In this document: in pieces, positions 57,032 to 64,000 of the stretch | How the letters are laid out: every line of letters begins with the position of its first letter | Numbering within the stretch: the stretch's first letter is position 1 | Origin: Gemmatimonadota bacterium | GTDB taxonomy: Bacteria; Gemmatimonadota; Gemmatimonadetes; Palauibacterales; Palauibacteraceae | Reading direction: 5' to 3' | Length of the DNA: 64,000 bases | Assembly (NCBI GenBank): GCA_963666735.1 | Contig: OY762926.1 | Location: forward strand, 2,048,001 to 2,112,000 | Translations under genes and position numbers: made by a program | Notes under the pieces: model-generated | Seen by the model: the letters and a program-made list of their open reading frames with translations, nothing else | Databases searched by the model: none | What the model was told of the DNA's origin: nothing

Positions 57032-58806
57032 TCAAGTCACCGGCTTTCTGCGAAGAGCTGCCAGGAAGTCGTCCGCGCCACGGGTGTTGAGGACGTGTTC
57101 CGGGGTGAGCCACGCGCGGCGCGCCTGCTCGATGCCGTAGTGTGCCAGATCCAGATCGTCCGGGCGGTGCGCGTCGGTCGTGACCACGACGGGTACGCCC
57201 AGTTCTCGCGCGCGCCAAAGGTGGCTGTCCTTCAAGTCCAGGCGGTGGGGGTGCGAGTTGACTTCGACGGCGACGCCGAACTCGGCGCAGGCGTGCAGAA
57301 TATCGTCGATGTCCACATCGATCGGACCGCGCCGGTTGATGATCCGTCCGGTCGGGTGCCCGAAGATCATCGAGCGGGGGTGTGCGAGCGCTTTCAGCAC
57401 GCGTGCCGTCTGCCGCGGCCGTTCCAGTCCGAAGAAGGAATGAACCGAGATGATCACGACGTCGAGTCGCTCCAGCATCTCGTCTTCGAGGTCCAGCGAC
57501 CCGTCGCGGAGGATGTCGACTTCCATCCCGCGCAGGATCCGGATCTGGGGGCGAGCGGCCTGTACCTCCGCGATCTCGTCCCACTGGCGCCGGAGCTTGG
57601 CGGCATCGAGGCCCTCGACCATCGCCAGCGCTTTCGAGTGATCGGTGATGGCCATGTACTCGTAACCGCGCGCCACGCACGCCCCGGCCATCGTCTCCAG
57701 AGACACGCGGCCATCGGACCAGGTGCTGTGCATGTGGACGTCCCCGCGCAGGTCGGACCGCTCGACCAGATGCGGCAGTTCCCCGGCGTCGGAAGCCGGG
57801 AACTCTCCACGGTCGCGTCGCATCTCCGGCGGAAGCCATGAGAGATCGAGTGCTCGGTAGACTTCCTCTTCCGTCGCGCCCGCAACCACCTGTCCCTCGG
57901 AGGCGATGCCCCGCTCGCCGAGGGCATCGCCAAGGGACTCTTCGGGGATCGTGAACACGCCGTACTCGGACACGCGGAGCCTTCGCTCGAGCGCACGGCG
58001 CCGCAGGCGGATGTTGTGTTCCTTCGATCCCGTGAAGTAGATGAGCGCCGCGCCCCAGCTCTCGGCCGGTACGACCCGCAGATCGACCTGCAACCCACTG
58101 CGAAGACGTACCGAGGTCTTCGTCCCGCCGGCCCCGATCACGCTCTCCACGCCGGAGAACCCGGTGAGGGCATCGGAGGCGGCGCGCGCGTCGTCGGCGA
58201 GGACGAGGATGTCGATATCGCCCACGGTCTCCTTCCGGCGTCGATAGCTCCCCGCGACTTCCAGGCGGCTGATGCCGGGCACGGCCTGCAGGTGTTCGAT
58301 CAACGGCGGCAGAAGTTTGTCGACTTCTCCGAGGCGGAAGCGAGCCGTGTTCGTGCGATAGTTGCGAATGCCGCTGAGGATCCGGTCCTGCGTCTTGACT
58401 CCGAAACCGGGCAGCTCGGCCACGCGCCCTTCGCTCGCGACCTCTTCCAGGTCGTCGATCGACTCGACGCCCAGTTCGTCCCACAGCTTGCGCGCCTTCC
58501 TGGGGCCGACCCCCGGGAGCCGCATCAACTCGACGAGCCCGGGGGGGATCTCGGCCGCCATCTCCTCGAGCATGGCGAGGCGGCCGCTCTCCACGAGCTC
58601 GCGAATGTTGTCCGCCATCCCCTTCCCGATCGACGGCAGCGCGGTGAGGTCGGCGCCCTGCTCGACGAGTTTTCGCAGAGGAGATGCGTGCGCGCTGATC
58701 GTGCGGACCGCATTGCGGTAGGCGCGGACGCGGAACGGGTTCGCCTGCTGGATCTCGAGCAGATCGGCCACCTCGTCCAGGACGCGGACGATCTCGATGT
58801 TCTCCA

Positions 58807-58807
<1 letters not shown>
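57032..58807 (-). CDS. polX: DNA polymerase X / PHP 3'-5' exonuclease
   Basis: NPFRVRAY, AGSYRR.KETVGDIDIL, QVDLRV, YFTGSKEHN, PHP motifs HMHS.WSDG, TDHS, HPTGR, TDAH. Confidence 0.95.
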
Positions 58808-61014
<2,207 letters not shown>

Positions 61015-61683
61015 TCAGAAAGTGACCCCCAGCAGGGCTCCGGCGATGAGATAGCTGTCCTCGGCGGTCGTGAACGCGACGTACGGCCGAACGTGAATGC
61101 TGCCGATCTCGGCCGTGACGCCGCCTCGGATCACGACGCTGGCTTCCCTCGCCCCCTCCACGATGTCGTCGTAGAGCCGGTCGACCGAGTAGTTCTCGAT
61201 GCTCACGGCCACCGAAGGGATGATCGCCAGGCCGGAGCCCGGCGCGCCAAAGCGTTGCCCCGCGGCCACACCGACCCCGTAGACAGTCCCGCTCTCGTGA
61301 GGAAGATCGTTGAAGTTTCTCGACAGGACGCCTCCGATGCCCACGGTGGCGACGGGGCAAACCGACAGCACGGGTAGCGGGAGTTTGAGGGCGACGCTCG
61401 CCCGCGCATCCTCGAATTCGAACTCCTCATCGAACTCGTCCGCCCCGGAGAACTTCAGGTAACGAGCCGTCGCGGCTACCGGACCCAGGTCGAGCCCGGC
61501 GGCTCCTCCGAGGCCTCTGACATCTTCGGATGATTCGCGCCACACGGCACCCGACCCGCTCAGAAACCCGCTCCCGCCGAACCCCAGGCAGGCCTGCGCC
61601 TCGAGCGCGCCCGGCACCGCGATTCCGAACAGTGCCAGCCACGCCAGGTGACGCAGCGGGGACGCCTTCGGTCTGTTATCCAT
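61015..61683 (-). CDS. Hypothetical outer-membrane beta-barrel protein
   Basis: Signal peptide (ALEA-Q), amphipathic strands, terminal GVTF. Confidence 0.6.
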   Translation of the reverse strand: MDNRPKASPLRHLAWLALFGIAVPGALEAQACLGFGGSGFLSGSGAVWRESSEDVRGLGGAAGLDLGPVAATARYLKFSGADEFDEEFEFEDARASVALKLPLPVLSVCPVATVGIGGVLSRNFNDLPHESGTVYGVGVAAGQRFGAPGSGLAIIPSVAVSIENYSVDRLYDDIVEGAREASVVIRGGVTAEIGSIHVRPYVAFTTAEDSYLIAGALLGVTF

Positions 61684-64000
61684 CTCCCTCTCCGTGTTCG
61701 CCGTGTGCTCCGTGTTCGCCGTCTCGTGCCGGCGGGACGCCGACGCGCGCCAGGTTCTGCAGCGCTTCGAGCGCGTCCACCGCGACGCTCCTCCGGGCGG
61801 ATGCGGCCTCAACTTCCGCGCGGATCCGCTCGAGCCGACGCCGGTGGTCGTCGGACGGGCCCGTCAGCGATCCGGTCGTGGAGGGGCCGCCGTCGAACTT
61901 GCCCCGCAGGCCGGTCCACCAGTTGCGGATGTCGCTGTTGATCGACCGCCATTCATCGGCGATCCCCTCGATCTCGGCGACAAGTTCCCGCGCGCGCTGG
62001 AGGTCCTCCGCCGCTACATCCTCGGCGCCTTCCAGCGCCTCGAGCGCTTCGGAAGCCCGGCGCTCCACGTCATAGGCGTCGCTGCCCTCCCGATAGGCCA
62101 CCCTCTGGAGCTCGAAAAGAGCCATCGTGAACGCGTAGCGGGACAGGCGCTCTTCCGCGGACACCGGCAGTTCCGGGTCGGGACGGACCTCCAGCGACTG
62201 CTCGCGCGTCTCGCCTCCGACGGTCAGGCGTACCGTGAACGTCTCCGCCGGGACCAACGGACCTTCGGGACCCGCGTCCAGGCTGGGCGCCTCGTACCGC
62301 GTCGTGTCGTGCGGCAGCGGATCGTGGCGAAGGTCCCACGTGACCCGGTTGAGGCCGGCCGCACCCGGGCCTTCGAGCCTCCGGATGTGCTGTCCGCTGC
62401 GATCCAGCACATCGATCGAGACCACGCCCGGCGTCTCCGCCGGGAGCCAGTAGTCGATGTTCGCGCCGAAGGCGGGGTTTTCGGCGCGGAACGTCCCCTG
62501 GCCCATCGATGGCACGTCGTTCCGGTACAGGAAAAGGGTCGCCGGGCGCGGGGCGAACAACTGCATGGCGCCGTCGTTCGCCGCAGGCGCGGCCGACCGC
62601 TGCGACAGGGGCGTGATGTCGTTGAGAATCCAGATGGCGCGGCCGTGCGTGCCGAGGACGATGTCGTTTTCGCGGGGGTGGATCTCGACGTCGTCCACCG
62701 GAACCGCGGGGAGGCCCGAGCCGAGCGCGGCCCACGCCGCTCCCCGGTCCGGTGAGGCGAACGCGCCGTTCTCCGCGCCGACGATCAGCAGGTCCGGATG
62801 CTCCGGGTGCTCGCGGATCACGTTCACGCTTGCCATGCCGCCGCCCGTGGCCCGGCCCGTGGCCGTCACCGCCGCCGCGCCATTCAGCTCATCCGCGAGC
62901 GAACGCCAGGTCTCGCCGTAATCATCGGTCACGACGGCGAGCGGCCGGTAGTCATCGTCCCAGTGCCCGTCCAGGCTCACGTACGCGCGGCCCGCCTCCG
63001 CGTGCGAGGCCTCGACCCAACTCACGTAGTACGGGAACGGGAGCCCCGCCGCCGCGGCCACCCGGCCGGTCAGGTCCTCCCAGGCCGCCCCGTCGTCCCG
63101 GCTCAGGCGCACGGAGCCGTCGTCCGCCCCGGTCCACAGCACCCCTGCCTCGACCGGCGATTCGGCCACCGCCGTGATCTCCCCGTACCCGGAGGCGCCA
63201 TCGTGCTTCGAGAGCGTCGCCGAGTCCGGACGCGCGCCCATGAGCTCGAGGCTGTCCTGATGAATCTGCCGCGTGAGATCCTCGGTCGCGCGCCAGCTCT
63301 CCCCGCGGTCGTCCGAGATGAAGAGCCGGTTGCCGCCCAGGTAGACCCGGTTCGCGTCGTGCGGGGACACCAGAATCGGCGACTTCCAGTCGAAGCGGTA
63401 GTGGACCGCGGTGTCCGGCGGGAAGGGCTTGAGCGCCTTCCGGTCTCCGGTGGCGAGGTTCACGCGGACGATCCCGGCGTTCTGCGACGTCACGTAGACG
63501 GTGCCGAGATCCGACCAGTCCGTCTCCGCGTACATCCCGTCGCCATAGTCGAGGACCTGCCAGTCGCGGTTCATGATCCCCTGGTAGCGGCGCGTCCGGC
63601 TGGGGCCCCGGTACGAGTTGTTGTCCTGCAGTCCCCCGTAGACGTGGTACGGATCCGCCAGGTCCAGATCGATATCGTAGAACTGGGCGATCGGGATGTT
63701 CCCGATGAACGTCCAGTGGTCGCCATCGTCCCACGTGGAATAGAGGCCCCCGTCGTTGCCGAGAATCATGTGGCGGGAGTCCTCGGGGTCGATCCACAGG
63801 TCGTGGTGGTCCACGTGGACGCCGGTGTTGTATTCGATCTCCATGGGGAGGGCCTCGAAGTTCTCCCCGCCATCCTCCGAGCGGTGCAGGCTGCCCGCGA
63901 CCAGCCAGACGCGATCCTCATCGTTCGGGTCGATCCGGAGCTGGCTGTAGTACATCGGACGCTGGTTCAGTTCGTTCACGCGCGTCCAGCTCTCGCCGCG
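61676..64000 (-). CDS. VPS10/BNR Asp-box repeat protein (5' end outside window)
   Basis: RPMYY, HVDHH.LWIDP, GNDGG, YGGLQDN, repeated S.D.G..W; same family as 22204-25362. Confidence 0.85.
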   Translation of the reverse strand, partial: RGESWTRVNELNQRPMYYSQLRIDPNDEDRVWLVAGSLHRSEDGGENFEALPMEIEYNTGVHVDHHDLWIDPEDSRHMILGNDGGLYSTWDDGDHWTFIGNIPIAQFYDIDLDLADPYHVYGGLQDNNSYRGPSRTRRYQGIMNRDWQVLDYGDGMYAETDWSDLGTVYVTSQNAGIVRVNLATGDRKALKPFPPDTAVHYRFDWKSPILVSPHDANRVYLGGNRLFISDDRGESWRATEDLTRQIHQDSLELMGARPDSATLSKHDGASGYGEITAVAESPVEAGVLWTGADDGSVRLSRDDGAAWEDLTGRVAAAAGLPFPYYVSWVEASHAEAGRAYVSLDGHWDDDYRPLAVVTDDYGETWRSLADELNGAAAVTATGRATGGGMASVNVIREHPEHPDLLIVGAENGAFASPDRGAAWAALGSGLPAVPVDDVEIHPRENDIVLGTHGRAIWILNDITPLSQRSAAPAANDGAMQLFAPRPATLFLYRNDVPSMGQGTFRAENPAFGANIDYWLPAETPGVVSIDVLDRSGQHIRRLEGPGAAGLNRVTWDLRHDPLPHDTTRYEAPSLDAGPEGPLVPAETFTVRLTVGGETREQSLEVRPDPELPVSAEERLSRYAFTMALFELQRVAYREGSDAYDVERRASEALEALEGAEDVAAEDLQRARELVAEIEGIADEWRSINSDIRNWWTGLRGKFDGGPSTTGSLTGPSDDHRRRLERIRAEVEAASARRSVAVDALEALQNLARVGVPPARDGEHGAHGEHGEGDG

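Overview
High-GC bacterial chromosomal segment. The gene content (many VPS10/BNR, NHL and TonB-type proteins) suggests Gemmatimonadota, but that is inference only. It holds a Gfo/Idh/MocA + TIM-barrel sugar pair, a GldA/GldF-GldG/DUF4340 ABC system, an intact IS481-family element, fumC, a fur-pyrE-nfuA cluster, a TolB/Omp85 fusion, rlpA, a Tat PhoX-type phosphatase, a TonB-dependent receptor, three PAL-like NHL proteins and a complete quinohemoprotein amine dehydrogenase locus (qhpG-A-D-C-B-F-E). Further on are an AAA/DUF4143 ATPase, a cytochrome c/beta-barrel fusion plus a cupredoxin behind a Fur-like box, pncBA, queC, four tRNAs (3 Ser, 1 Gln), polX and ligA. Most unusual observations: (1) four duplicated tRNA-Ser 3' halves, each split at the same T-loop position by 52-56 bp two-hairpin units that covary; (2) a QhpC with an extra Cys-x5-Asp that could form a fourth thioether; (3) four genes that appear to start at CTG; (4) a 161-bp palindromic MITE and the IS481 copy both sitting in CTAG stop codons; (5) a 31-bp operator palindrome over a leaderless promoter of the AAA/DUF4143 gene. 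All calls come from reading motifs by eye; no searches were run.
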